The notes beneath the pieces were generated by a model. That model saw nothing but the letters and a program-made list of their open reading frames with translations, was not told the origin of the DNA and ran no database searches. The position numbers and the translations under genes are program-made. Source: Nitrospiraceae bacterium (GTDB taxonomy: Bacteria; Nitrospirota; Nitrospiria; Nitrospirales; Nitrospiraceae). From it: a stretch of DNA of 64,000 nucleotides. This document shows, piece after piece, positions 40,504 through 50,300 of this stretch. The stretch lies in assembly GCA_050246315.1 (NCBI GenBank), contig JBFWWG010000003.1, forward strand, positions 1-64,000, given 5' to 3'. The first letter of the stretch is position 1. Each line of letters opens with the position of its first letter.

Positions 40504-41499
40504 ATGTGTTGGATGCCTATGACCACCCACCACCCCGCCGTCACGGACTTCAAGACAAAGGACGCGTCAAGCTACAACGCCGTCGCACAGAGCTTTGACC
40601 GCCTCGTGGCTCACTTGTCCGCTCCGATCGCAGCTCGACTCGTGGAACTTGCCAAACTCGGTCCAGAGGAGCGCGTGCTGGACGTTGGGACAGGAACCGG
40701 AATCGTCGCGCTTCACGCGGCCCGGATGGGGCCGTCCGGGAAGGTCACCGGCGTTGACTTGTCTGCAGGCATGCTTGCAGTGGCAAGACGGAATGCGACA
40801 CGGGGAGGGATGGCGGGACGCGTCGAGTTTCGACGGATGGATGCGGAATCGCTGGCATTCGCGAATGCCTCCTTTCACGCGGTTGTCTCTTTGTTCGCCT
40901 TGCGTCACTTCCCACATCCGGAAACCGCCTTGAGAGAAATGCACCGAGTGCTCCGTCCCGATGGTCGCTTGGTTCTTGCGGTTGGAAGCGGCGCGCCGTG
41001 GCTGTCTGTGCGGGGAGTCGTCCACCGGTTGAAGCTCTTGCCTCAACTCTTGCGTCGCCTCCAAGGGAAGCAACTCGTCGCGTGCGCATTTCTTGACGGC
41101 CTCGTCGAATCGTATATCCCGACTTCACGCAAGGCCGAGGAAGCCGCCTGGACACAAGGGCATAGGCCGATGACACAATCAGTCCCCGCGCTTCTTCGAG
41201 ACGCTGGATTTCAGGATGTTCGCTGGGAGTGGCGAGGACAGCAAACCATCGTCACCACCGCAGAAGAATTTTGGGAGCTCCAAACGACGTTGTCTTCCCT
41301 GTCGAGAAAACGTCTGGCCGAAGCCTCACCCGAGGTCGTGGAGCGTGTGCGGCAGAAATTTATGACCACCTGTCGCGAGGTCGTGTCGCATGGCGGCGAG
41401 CTGGTCTATCCGTCGGGAGCACTCGTGGTGTCGGCTCGCCGGCCTCAAGACGGATCGCTTCGCGAGCCACCACAAGAACGTCGTTGTCCGCAGGGGTAA
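40504..41499 (+). CDS. Class I SAM-dependent methyltransferase (UbiE-like)
   Basis: VLDVGTGTG, GVDLSAGML, DAESLAF and EMHRVLRPDG. The true start may be 40519. Confidence 0.9.
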   Translation: MCWMPMTTHHPAVTDFKTKDASSYNAVAQSFDRLVAHLSAPIAARLVELAKLGPEERVLDVGTGTGIVALHAARMGPSGKVTGVDLSAGMLAVARRNATRGGMAGRVEFRRMDAESLAFANASFHAVVSLFALRHFPHPETALREMHRVLRPDGRLVLAVGSGAPWLSVRGVVHRLKLLPQLLRRLQGKQLVACAFLDGLVESYIPTSRKAEEAAWTQGHRPMTQSVPALLRDAGFQDVRWEWRGQQTIVTTAEEFWELQTTLSSLSRKRLAEASPEVVERVRQKFMTTCREVVSHGGELVYPSGALVVSARRPQDGSLREPPQERRCPQG

Positions 41500-41537
41500 C
41501 CTCGGATGTCTCCACGGGGAGAGGTCTGGTGCGCGTG

Positions 41538-42206
41538 ATGAGCAAGAGACCAGCGCAGCAGCTTGCGATTGCAGGCGTCAGCCTCGCTCTGACGATTGGA
41601 TTATTTTTTGTCGTGCAATCCAAGGACTCCATCTTTCGATGGAGCATGGCGTCGGGGTACACCGGACTCGCGCTGTTAGGCACCTCGCTCGTCATCGGCC
41701 CATGGAACGTGATTCGAGGGGCTCCCAATCCGATCAGCACCCACTTGCGCCGGGATATAGGGATCTGGGGAGGAGTGGTCGGCCTCGTGCATACCGTGCT
41801 GGGTTTGCAGGTACATATGAGGGGAAAGTTCTGGCTCTACTTTATCTTTTCTCCGGAGGAGTCTCATCGAATTCCCCTGCGATACGATCTCTTTGGGTTT
41901 GCCAATTACACCGGCTTGGCGGTCGCGATGATCCTGTTGCTCCTCCTGAGCTTATCAAATGACTCCTCGCTGATCCGCCTCGGCCTTCATCGCTGGAAAG
42001 CTCTTCAGCGCTGGAACTACGCGGGGTTTCTTCTGTTGGTGCTCCACGGCGCAGCCTATCAGTTTATTGAGAAAAGAGGCCCGGGCTTTATCGTCCTCTT
42101 CGCCATATCGGTCCTCCTGGTCTGCGCATTCCAAGTCTCGGGATTCCGAGCGATCCGGAAGGAAAAGCGCGTTGCATTACCCGGCTCCCTTGCGTCCAGA
42201 GATTGA
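41538..42206 (+). CDS. Ferric-reductase-like transmembrane protein (MsrQ/YedZ-like)
   Basis: About six TM helices; LRRDIG..LVH, LSLSND and RWKALQRWNY...LVLH resemble the heme-b MsrQ family. Confidence 0.78.
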   Translation: MSKRPAQQLAIAGVSLALTIGLFFVVQSKDSIFRWSMASGYTGLALLGTSLVIGPWNVIRGAPNPISTHLRRDIGIWGGVVGLVHTVLGLQVHMRGKFWLYFIFSPEESHRIPLRYDLFGFANYTGLAVAMILLLLLSLSNDSSLIRLGLHRWKALQRWNYAGFLLLVLHGAAYQFIEKRGPGFIVLFAISVLLVCAFQVSGFRAIRKEKRVALPGSLASRD

Positions 42207-42349
42207 CTGTATCGAGAGCGGCCGCCGTGCTCGGGGTCGGCCGTTGCGTGCGAAACAGCGATGCACCCTGTTCACCGCCTCCGAGCCCAATCCATACTCG
42301 TGCGGGAAGCGTGAACGGCACTCATGGAGAACCCGTTAGTCATGTACCG

Positions 42350-43579
42350 ATGAAGATCTTAGTATTATCACGAAACTACCCCAACAACGTGATCGCCGGG
42401 TTAGGCTTATGGGTCAAACGTCTCGTGGACGCGTGCGCGAAGAGCTGCGAACTGAAAGTGATCTCGCCGGTCCCCTATGTACCTCCGTTTGCCCGGTCCG
42501 ATTATTACGCCCGCTTTCGAGCAATTGTTCGGTCTTGCCAGGCACACGGCACCGAAGTGTTCTATCCTCGTTTTCTCGCGGGGCCCGCTCAAGTGTTTTA
42601 TTCCACCGAAGCGCTTCGGTATTACCTGGGCATTCGCGCACTCGTTGAGAGGATTCACAAAACCTTTCCCTTTGGACTGATTCATGCTCATTTTGGATTT
42701 CCCGATGGCGTTGTGGCCGCCTGGTTGGGCAAGCAATACGGAATTCCGGTTGTCGTCACCCAACATGCGCTTTGGCGGCCCAACCGGATGGAGAAGATGC
42801 ACTGGGTTCGTCGACAGGCCATGTGGGCCGTCCGGAACAGTGTGTTTCAGATCGCCGTCAGCAGTTCGGTAAAACGAAGCATGGAACATTTCATGGGTGA
42901 CCTCGATCAAGTTCGAGTCATCCCGGTAGGGGTGGACGGCTCGATCTTCCACCCCGTCGCAACCGACACTCGGGATGTCCACCAGATCCTGTACGTAGGC
43001 TTCCCCAACTACAATAAGGGCGTTGATCTGCTGTTGCAGGCGATGACACAGGTCTCACGACGACACCCCAAGGCCCGTTTGGTGTTGGTCGGCGGGAGCT
43101 TCTACAAGGATACCAACAAACAGGAGCAACACCTTCGTGCCATGACCGAGAAGATGGGCCTTCAGGAGCGCGTCGTCTTCGCCGGTCATAGACCCCCCGA
43201 GGAAGTGGCCCAGTTCATGAGGCGCAGCGCTCTGCTTGTCCTACCCAGCCGCGCCGAAAGTTTTGGGGCGGTACTGGTGGAAGCGCTGGCCAGCGGAATT
43301 CCTGTTGTGGCAACACGCTGTGGCGGGCCAGAAGACATCGTGACCGATGAGGTTGGAACCTTGGTTGCTACCGAGGACGATCACGCCTTAGCACTGGCGA
43401 TAGAGAGGGTGCTCTCGCAGTTGACCGCCTATCACCCTGACCGGCTACGAGCCTATGCACTGGAGCACTTTTCGTGGAACCGCATCGCCGCAGAAACGCA
43501 CGCGCTCTACGATGAGGCCCTGGCGATGGGCCGGAGGGAGGAGTGCGCCCGGGCGGTTTCCAACGGTCTGCTCGGCTAA
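42350..43579 (+). CDS. GT4 glycosyltransferase
   Basis: IHAH, KGVDLL and ESFGAVLVEALASG (Ex7E). Confidence 0.92.
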   Translation: MKILVLSRNYPNNVIAGLGLWVKRLVDACAKSCELKVISPVPYVPPFARSDYYARFRAIVRSCQAHGTEVFYPRFLAGPAQVFYSTEALRYYLGIRALVERIHKTFPFGLIHAHFGFPDGVVAAWLGKQYGIPVVVTQHALWRPNRMEKMHWVRRQAMWAVRNSVFQIAVSSSVKRSMEHFMGDLDQVRVIPVGVDGSIFHPVATDTRDVHQILYVGFPNYNKGVDLLLQAMTQVSRRHPKARLVLVGGSFYKDTNKQEQHLRAMTEKMGLQERVVFAGHRPPEEVAQFMRRSALLVLPSRAESFGAVLVEALASGIPVVATRCGGPEDIVTDEVGTLVATEDDHALALAIERVLSQLTAYHPDRLRAYALEHFSWNRIAAETHALYDEALAMGRREECARAVSNGLLG

Positions 43580-43651
43580 TCTCATGCTGCGCCCATGCGT
43601 CCCAGAGCCACCGCGGGTCGAAGACGGTGGCCTGCCTTGTCGGAGTCGCTG

Positions 43652-44761
43652 ATGGAGTTGGCGATCAATGGCCTCCGCCTGATGGGAAGACGTTACGGAG
43701 TAGGCCGGTACATTGAATACCTCCTGCGTCACTGGAGCGTGACGGATCATCCCTTCGCGCGGATCGTTGTCTATACACCGGGTCCGGTGGATTTGAGTCC
43801 CTGGCCGTTCGCCACGATCGAACATCGGATCGTGCCGACCGGCGGTTCCTCTGGCTATTGGGAACAAGTGGTGTTGGCGAGGCTTCGCCAAAAGCACGAC
43901 ATTCTATTTTGTCCGAGCTATGTCATCCCCATTATGGGCGCCGGGAAAACAGTGGTGACCCACCTGGGCTCATACGAGGCGCTGCCGTCGGCTTTTCCTC
44001 TCTTAGAACGATGGAAGAGCCGGTTGCTTTACCAACTGAGCGCCAAACGAGCCGATCATGTGATCACCGTATCAGAGTCGTCCAAGCGAGACATCGTGCG
44101 TTTCTATGACATTCCCCCCGCGAAGGTGAGTGTGATCTACCTTGGCGTCGATCCCTTGTTCAGACCCATCACGGAAGCGGATCTCTTGGCCTCGACACGG
44201 AAGCGGTTTTTCGGCGTCGATCGCCCGTACATTCTCTTTGTCGGGAAACTATCGGCCCGACGCCACATTCCCGAACTCATCGCGGCGTACGGTTCACTCA
44301 GGCGCACCCGGATGATTCCACATGGCCTGCTGCTCGTCGGATCTGATACGATTGGCCAAAACATCCCCCAGCTCGCACAGATGCACGGCGTATCCAAGGA
44401 TCTCGTTCATCAGGACTTTGCGTCCCACGAAGAACTGGTTCGGATCTACAATGCCGCGGACCTCTTCATCTATCCTTCCTCCTACGAAGGATTCGGGATT
44501 CCGGTGCTAGAGGCCATGGCTTGCGGTGTTCCGACCATCACATTGAGAAACTCTTCCTTCCTCGAATTTGCAGCCGACACCGTGTACTTAGCTCGCGACG
44601 GAGGTGCGCAGGAACTGTCCGAGGCCATCGAGCGCGTGCTGGATTCACAGGAGTTGCGAACAAAAATGAAGACGACCGGGCCAGTACAAGCGCAACGGTT
44701 CGGCTGGGCCTCGATTGCAAGACAGACCATGGCGGTCCTGACCGGCGTGGCAAACCCATGA
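43652..44761 (+). CDS. GT4 glycosyltransferase
   Basis: GVGRY, VITVSESSK and PSSYEGFGIPVLEAMACG. Confidence 0.92.
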   Translation: MELAINGLRLMGRRYGVGRYIEYLLRHWSVTDHPFARIVVYTPGPVDLSPWPFATIEHRIVPTGGSSGYWEQVVLARLRQKHDILFCPSYVIPIMGAGKTVVTHLGSYEALPSAFPLLERWKSRLLYQLSAKRADHVITVSESSKRDIVRFYDIPPAKVSVIYLGVDPLFRPITEADLLASTRKRFFGVDRPYILFVGKLSARRHIPELIAAYGSLRRTRMIPHGLLLVGSDTIGQNIPQLAQMHGVSKDLVHQDFASHEELVRIYNAADLFIYPSSYEGFGIPVLEAMACGVPTITLRNSSFLEFAADTVYLARDGGAQELSEAIERVLDSQELRTKMKTTGPVQAQRFGWASIARQTMAVLTGVANP

Positions 44762-44770
44762 GGCACGAAG

Positions 44771-46357
44771 ATGAGCACGAGCGATAGCGGCGACGTTTCG
44801 GTCCGAGTACCGCTCCAGCACGCCGTCCCCGAACGGCAATTCGTCCGATTCAAGCGGATCATCCTCGTGAACCCCCCAAGTCCACCTGGATATGTCGCCA
44901 ATCGTGACTCCATGGGAGGATTTGGACAACTCTTTCCCTCGGGGGCTCCGGTCTTCCCCGCGTTAGACTTCGCCTACCTTGCAAGTTACCTGTGGGACAA
45001 GGGTCTCCGGATTGACGTGATCGAGAGCCAAGGACTGGACCTGACAACCGATCAGCTCGTGGCACGGATCACCGACATCGTCCGCGAAGACCCGGCGCCA
45101 CAAGTCCTGGTGGTTGCGCGAATTTCCGCTCCGTCGCTCGATTGGGATTTGTCCATTTTGGCGGAGATCAGGGCTGCCGTGCCGGGGAGCACCGCGGCCG
45201 TCTACGGTCCGGTCGTCCCACATGTCCTGCATCGTCTCCGAGAAGAACCCTGTCTCGATTACCTACTCCAAGGCGAACCGGACGAGACCGTGGTTGAACT
45301 GGCGAACGGTCTGCCGGAGGAAGGCATTCTCGGACTCAGCTACCGCTCAGGAGAATCCTGGAGGAGTTCCCCGGCACGACCCTTTTTGAAAGAGTTGGAT
45401 CAACTTCCTTTCCCGAAATGGGAATTGTTGCCATATCGCCGGTACACCCTTCCGAAATCCTCCACGACAGCGGCCCTTCCCTTTCTGCCGATGATCACGT
45501 CACGCGGTTGTCCCTACGGATGCCACTACTGCCCATACCCTGTCGCGCAAGGACTGCCGTGGCGTTACCGATCGCCGCAGAATGTCGTCGATGAAATCGA
45601 GCATCTCGTCAACGATCTGGGCATCCGGTACATATTGTTCCGAGATCCCATGTTTTCCATGAAGCAGAGTCGCGTCCGCGAGATCTGCGGCGAGATTCTT
45701 CGTCGCCGCCTCGCGTTGAAGTGGAAATGCGAAACACGGCCGGATTGCCTCGATGAAGAAACGGTCAAAGCGATGGCCGCAGCGGGATGCGATGGCATCA
45801 ATTTCGGTGTGGAGAGTGTCGAGGTCGAAATTCAATCCGGCGTCGGGCGAAAACCGATCCCAAAAGAAAGGATCATCGAGATGACCGCCCTTTGCCGAAG
45901 GCACGGCATCAAGACATTTTGCTTCTTTATCATCGGTCTGCCTGGCGATACGCGGCACACGATTCTCAATACAGTGGAATTCGCCGTCCGCTTGCGGTCC
46001 AACTGGGTGCAGTTCACGGCGGCCACGCCGTTTATCGGGACGAAACTTCGCGAATGGGCCGTCGGCCAAGGATTGGTCACCGCATCAGAATATGCGTATG
46101 TCAACAGCCATGAAGCCACTGTCGGGAACGGGAGTCTCTCCAAACAGGAGGTGGAGGCCCTTCACCGTTTCGCCAAATTTTTTGAGCGCTATCTGATCAA
46201 TCGATTCGGGATCTTGAAGGACGACAATCGACGAGATGCGGTCTACCGTCTCGCCCATCAATCTGCCGATTGGGTCACGGCCGTCGTGGCCAGGGCGGCA
46301 TTCGCCATGGGTCGTCGTTGGCTGGAACGTACCGCTTCTCCCTTACGCGGGTCGTGA
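44771..46357 (+). CDS. Cobalamin-binding radical SAM protein
   Basis: N-terminal LVNPP / B12-binding-like region, GEPD, TSRGCPYGCHYC (CxxxCxxC), FRD, FGVES and FIIGLPGDT. Confidence 0.9.
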   Translation: MSTSDSGDVSVRVPLQHAVPERQFVRFKRIILVNPPSPPGYVANRDSMGGFGQLFPSGAPVFPALDFAYLASYLWDKGLRIDVIESQGLDLTTDQLVARITDIVREDPAPQVLVVARISAPSLDWDLSILAEIRAAVPGSTAAVYGPVVPHVLHRLREEPCLDYLLQGEPDETVVELANGLPEEGILGLSYRSGESWRSSPARPFLKELDQLPFPKWELLPYRRYTLPKSSTTAALPFLPMITSRGCPYGCHYCPYPVAQGLPWRYRSPQNVVDEIEHLVNDLGIRYILFRDPMFSMKQSRVREICGEILRRRLALKWKCETRPDCLDEETVKAMAAAGCDGINFGVESVEVEIQSGVGRKPIPKERIIEMTALCRRHGIKTFCFFIIGLPGDTRHTILNTVEFAVRLRSNWVQFTAATPFIGTKLREWAVGQGLVTASEYAYVNSHEATVGNGSLSKQEVEALHRFAKFFERYLINRFGILKDDNRRDAVYRLAHQSADWVTAVVARAAFAMGRRWLERTASPLRGS

Positions 46358-46388
46358 CGCGATGCGTGCGTTCGGTGGCTGATCAGCC

Positions 46389-47366
46389 ATGCCCATGACC
46401 ATTCTCGTAACCGGGGCCACTGGATTCTTAGGATCTCATCTGGTCCAGCGTCTTGTGGAGGAGGGGCATCGTGTCAAAATTCTCACCCGACCTGGTTCCT
46501 TGTCGGGTGTCCGACGAAACCTTCGCGTGGAAGCGATCACCGGGGATGTGACCAACCAGCGTGAGACGTCCGAGGCGATTCATGGATGTGACGTGGTCAT
46601 TCACGCCGCCGCCAATCTCAGCTATTGGGGAAACGATCGTTCTGTCCTGGAACAGGTGAACGTTGAAGGTACGCGAAACGTGGTCCACGCGTGTCGCCTG
46701 AACGGAGTGACGCGGCTCATTCATGTCAGTTCTGTGGCTGCCATCGGTATTCCCGATTCACCCGAGCACCCGGCGGGCGAAGAGTTTCTCTTTAATCTCG
46801 AAGGAAAGAGCCTGCCGTATCACCTTTCCAAGCACAAGGCCGAGCAAATCGTTCTCGATGAAGTGAATCGAGGGCTCGATGCCGTGATCGTGAATCCCGC
46901 CTCCATCTTTGGACCGTACCGGACGACCTATCGCGGAGCCGACATGCTTCGAAAAGTCCGACAGACGAGAATCGTCCCATACTTCACGGGCGGGATCTGT
47001 GTGGTTCATGTCGATGATGTCGTCAGTGGGATTCAGGCTGCCTTGCGACATGGCACGATCGGCCACCGATACATTTTAGGAGGCGAGAATGTCAGTTTCC
47101 TGAGTTTGGTACAACGGACGGCGGCTGCAATGGACATTCAGCGAAGGTTCGTCCCGGTGTTTCCCTTCGTCACCGCCCTGGCAGCCTCGATTCTTGAGCC
47201 GTTGGGACGCTTGCGTGGACGCCGTCCGTCTATCACCTATGTGACTCATTATTGCGCAGGTCGCTATCATTTCTATAGTTCGGAGAAGGCTGCCCGGACA
47301 TTCGGATATGCTCCGCGGCCATTTGATTCGATTCTTCATGAATGTCTGCGGATGCGCATGTGCTGA
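46389..47366 (+). CDS. NAD-dependent epimerase/dehydratase (extended SDR; DFR/HpnA-like)
   Basis: VTGATGFLG, HAAA, NVEGT, VSS and YHLSK (YxxxK). Confidence 0.9.
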   Translation: MPMTILVTGATGFLGSHLVQRLVEEGHRVKILTRPGSLSGVRRNLRVEAITGDVTNQRETSEAIHGCDVVIHAAANLSYWGNDRSVLEQVNVEGTRNVVHACRLNGVTRLIHVSSVAAIGIPDSPEHPAGEEFLFNLEGKSLPYHLSKHKAEQIVLDEVNRGLDAVIVNPASIFGPYRTTYRGADMLRKVRQTRIVPYFTGGICVVHVDDVVSGIQAALRHGTIGHRYILGGENVSFLSLVQRTAAAMDIQRRFVPVFPFVTALAASILEPLGRLRGRRPSITYVTHYCAGRYHFYSSEKAARTFGYAPRPFDSILHECLRMRMC

Positions 47367-47517
47367 AGAGGCGAGTCTGCCTCCGTGTCGTGCTGCTCCA
47401 CACGGGGCACGGCCAATTGTCCGGCGCGGCCGCAGATCGTGGTCTGGATACGGACAACACAGCTCAAGCCGATACGCGAGCCGACTTTGGAGCGCCTTAG
47501 AGAATCTCCGTCCTTAG

Positions 47518-47726
47518 CCCGCATTATGCATGGCGGTTCGTGACGAAATGGCGGAGTCGCGTGGCGAGACGGGCGCGTCGAGGCGCGAGACCCCGAAGCA
47601 TACTGGAAACAGTATGTTGAGGGGGCGAGCGGCGAGCCCGCTCGCTTTCGTGCCGAAACTTCGCACGCAGGCCTGTCGCAGCAGCAAACCCGTAATTCCA
47701 GTAGAAGCGTTCATGAATAATGCGGG
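47518..47726. mobile_element. MITE-like element, family B copy 1, with TTAG flanking direct repeat
   Basis: TIR CCCGCATTATGCATG / CATGAATAATGCGGG; TTAG at 47514-47517 and 47727-47730; internal hairpin CATACTG-GAAA-CAGTATG. Confidence 0.8.
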
Positions 47727-47782
47727 TTAGGGTTACTCATGGAGGGTTGCCACCCGCGGCTGCATAGGATCAAGGAAGCACC

Positions 47783-48895
47783 GTGAGTCTCATGACTTCG
47801 TCCTCGGCGGAAGGTAGCAGCATCGTGAGCCCGTTGTCGTCATTGCCGCTCGTGTCGATCGTTGTGCCGGTGTTCAATGGCGAGCGATACTTACGCCAAA
47901 GCCTGGACTCTCTGATGGCGCAATCCTACCCGCGATGCGAAGTACTCCTCATGGACGATGCCTCGACCGATGGCACGTCCGCGATCGTGGCCTCGTACGG
48001 AAATCGCGTGACCTCCGTCCGCCAGCCGGAGAATGTGGGTCAATTTGCCAATGTCAATGACGGCATCGCTCGTGCGAGAGGGGAATACATTGCCGTGTTT
48101 CATGCGGATGATCTGTATCATCCGACGATCGTCGAGCAAGAGGTCACCTATCTGAATCGCCATCGGGATGCGGGAGCGGTGTTCACCCTGTACGTGTTCA
48201 TCGACGAGGCCGGAAACGAATACGGGCGGCTGACCATTCCCAAGGAAGTGGCCAGTGACCGGCCGTTGCCGTATGCCTGTATCCTGAACGCGCTGCTCGA
48301 GTACAAGAACCGGTTCTTATGCGGGCCAAGCAGCATGGTTCGTGCATCGGTGTATCGAGAGATCGGGCTCTATCGTGGTCATCGGTACGGCATCGCGTCG
48401 GATCTGGACATGTGGGTGCGAATCGCGCAGAAACATTCCATCGGGATCATTCGGGAGCACCTCATGTCGTATCGCCACGGCCACGGCAATTCCACTCAGC
48501 GGCATTACCATTTGCGCACTCGGCCAGAGGGACATTTCGCCATTTTGGATGAATGCCTGGCCCATGGACCACGCGTTCCCGTCAGGGCCGAGGCATTGGC
48601 CGCCCACGAGGCACACCGGGCTGAGGATCAGATCATGTTGGCGATCAACCACTATATCCTCGGCGATCTCAAGAGTGCGACCATCCTGCTCGGTCGCATC
48701 CGACAGGGTGTCCTGCTCCGGAGCCGCAGGGTCCACCGGTTCAGGCTGGTGCTGCTCCATGTCGGCCTCAGCATCCTGGTTCGCCTTCCTCGCATTCCAC
48801 CCTTGGCGAACGCCTGTTATCGCCGTTGGCATGTCAAGACCCCGCCGACTCGTGAAGCATGCTGGAACGGCGTCTCGTTCGGATGGCCATTTTAG
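47783..48895 (+). CDS. GT2 glycosyltransferase
   Basis: VSIVVPVFNGE, DDASTD, HADD and SDLDMW. Start uncertain (47783, 47792 or later). Confidence 0.9.
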   Translation: MSLMTSSSAEGSSIVSPLSSLPLVSIVVPVFNGERYLRQSLDSLMAQSYPRCEVLLMDDASTDGTSAIVASYGNRVTSVRQPENVGQFANVNDGIARARGEYIAVFHADDLYHPTIVEQEVTYLNRHRDAGAVFTLYVFIDEAGNEYGRLTIPKEVASDRPLPYACILNALLEYKNRFLCGPSSMVRASVYREIGLYRGHRYGIASDLDMWVRIAQKHSIGIIREHLMSYRHGHGNSTQRHYHLRTRPEGHFAILDECLAHGPRVPVRAEALAAHEAHRAEDQIMLAINHYILGDLKSATILLGRIRQGVLLRSRRVHRFRLVLLHVGLSILVRLPRIPPLANACYRRWHVKTPPTREACWNGVSFGWPF

Positions 48896-48910
48896 AGACT
48901 GTTCAAGAGA

Positions 48911-50032
48911 GTGCCCGTGAATCAGCGCATCGCTCTCTACATCGATCCGCCGACCCACCACTTTCTCGGTGACCGGCTATTTGTGCTCGACGACGGGCGC
49001 CCGAACGGCGATCACATGAACGGACCGTACGTCTATCTGAGGGAACGGCTCGCCTCACAAGGCATCGCCGTCCATACGGCCGACCGATTGCGTGAGACTC
49101 TTACCTCGGATGCGCAGCAACAGAATGTCTATGTCTCGATGGGATACTTGGACAATTACGAGCACCTCGCCAAACGACCCGATACGGTGGTCAGCGCCTT
49201 CTTTGCGATGGAGTGCCCGATTGTCGAGCCTTCGTTGTATCGCGCACTTCATGATGTGCAGCGGCGCTTCAAGCGGATCTACTCCTGGAGCGATAGTGCG
49301 TCGTTGGAGCCGTTTGTCGGCGAGCGCCTCAAACTGGAATCGATGTGTTGGCCTCAAGCCTTCGATCGGGTGCACGACGTGTGGGGTCGGCCACGTAAGA
49401 AGTTCCTCGTGATGATCAACTCCAACAAGCTGCCGCGCCTGTATGTGCGGGAGTTGTACACGGAGCGTCTAAAGGCCGTCGAGTATTTCTCGCGCACCAA
49501 CGAAATCGAATTGTACGGGCCGGGGTGGGACGGGCCGTCGAGCCGCGTGGGAAAGACATGGGTGCCGGCAACCGTACGCCGGATCCAGCGCGAGATCGTG
49601 CGCCGCTGGCATCATATCCATCCCGATCCGCTCCTGGAGGCGGCCCGTCGTGTCTATCGTGGGCAGGCCAGCACGAAACGGGACGTCCTCAGCCAGTATA
49701 CTTTCGCCCTCTGCTTCGAGAACATGATCCTCAACGGCTGGATCACCGAGAAAATCTTCGACTGCTTCTTCGCGGGCACCGTGCCCGTCTATTGGGGTCC
49801 TCCGAATGTCACCGACTACATTCCCGTCGAGTGCTTTATCGATATGCGCCGGTTCGCCGATTATCAGGAGCTTCACGCCTTTCTGAAATCGCTCGATGAG
49901 AATACGATTCGACGATATAAGGAACACGCGCGGGATTTTCTGAGCTCGCCGCAGTTCAAGCCGTTCTCGAAAGAGGCGTTCGTGGATATCTTCCGTCGGA
50001 TCATTCGGGAAGACGCCGGAGTGGCACTCTAA
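48911..50032 (+). CDS. GT10-like (alpha-1,3-fucosyltransferase-family) glycosyltransferase
   Basis: YTFALCFEN..GWITEKIFD...GTVPVYWG matches the GT10 signature. Start may be GTG 48917. Confidence 0.82.
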   Translation: MPVNQRIALYIDPPTHHFLGDRLFVLDDGRPNGDHMNGPYVYLRERLASQGIAVHTADRLRETLTSDAQQQNVYVSMGYLDNYEHLAKRPDTVVSAFFAMECPIVEPSLYRALHDVQRRFKRIYSWSDSASLEPFVGERLKLESMCWPQAFDRVHDVWGRPRKKFLVMINSNKLPRLYVRELYTERLKAVEYFSRTNEIELYGPGWDGPSSRVGKTWVPATVRRIQREIVRRWHHIHPDPLLEAARRVYRGQASTKRDVLSQYTFALCFENMILNGWITEKIFDCFFAGTVPVYWGPPNVTDYIPVECFIDMRRFADYQELHAFLKSLDENTIRRYKEHARDFLSSPQFKPFSKEAFVDIFRRIIREDAGVAL

Positions 50033-50257
50033 CCCGCATGATTCACGATGAATGCGACTGCAACCGCCGTGCGCCCCGTTGCCATCCAGGAGCAACGGGT
50101 ACCCCGGCTGCGACAAGCCATGATAGCCGAAGGTGTTGCTCCGGCGGCAACAATGAAGAGGGGCTCCGCATGGGGTACCCCTTGCTCTTCTCCATGCAAT
50201 GGGTCCAACGCTTGGCGTCTTGGCGATTTCGTCACGAATTCTCGTGGATAATGAGGG
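50033..50257. mobile_element. MITE-like element, family B copy 2 (inverted relative to copy 1), with CTAA flanking direct repeat
   Basis: TIR CCCGCATGATTCACG / CGTGGATAATGAGGG; CTAA at 50029-50032 and 50258-50261. The right end reverse-complements to the left end of copy 1 (…TTCGTGACGAAAT). Confidence 0.8.
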
Positions 50258-50300
50258 CTAAGCCTCCTGGCGCTGTACTGTCACGGGTCTGGGAGAACGT

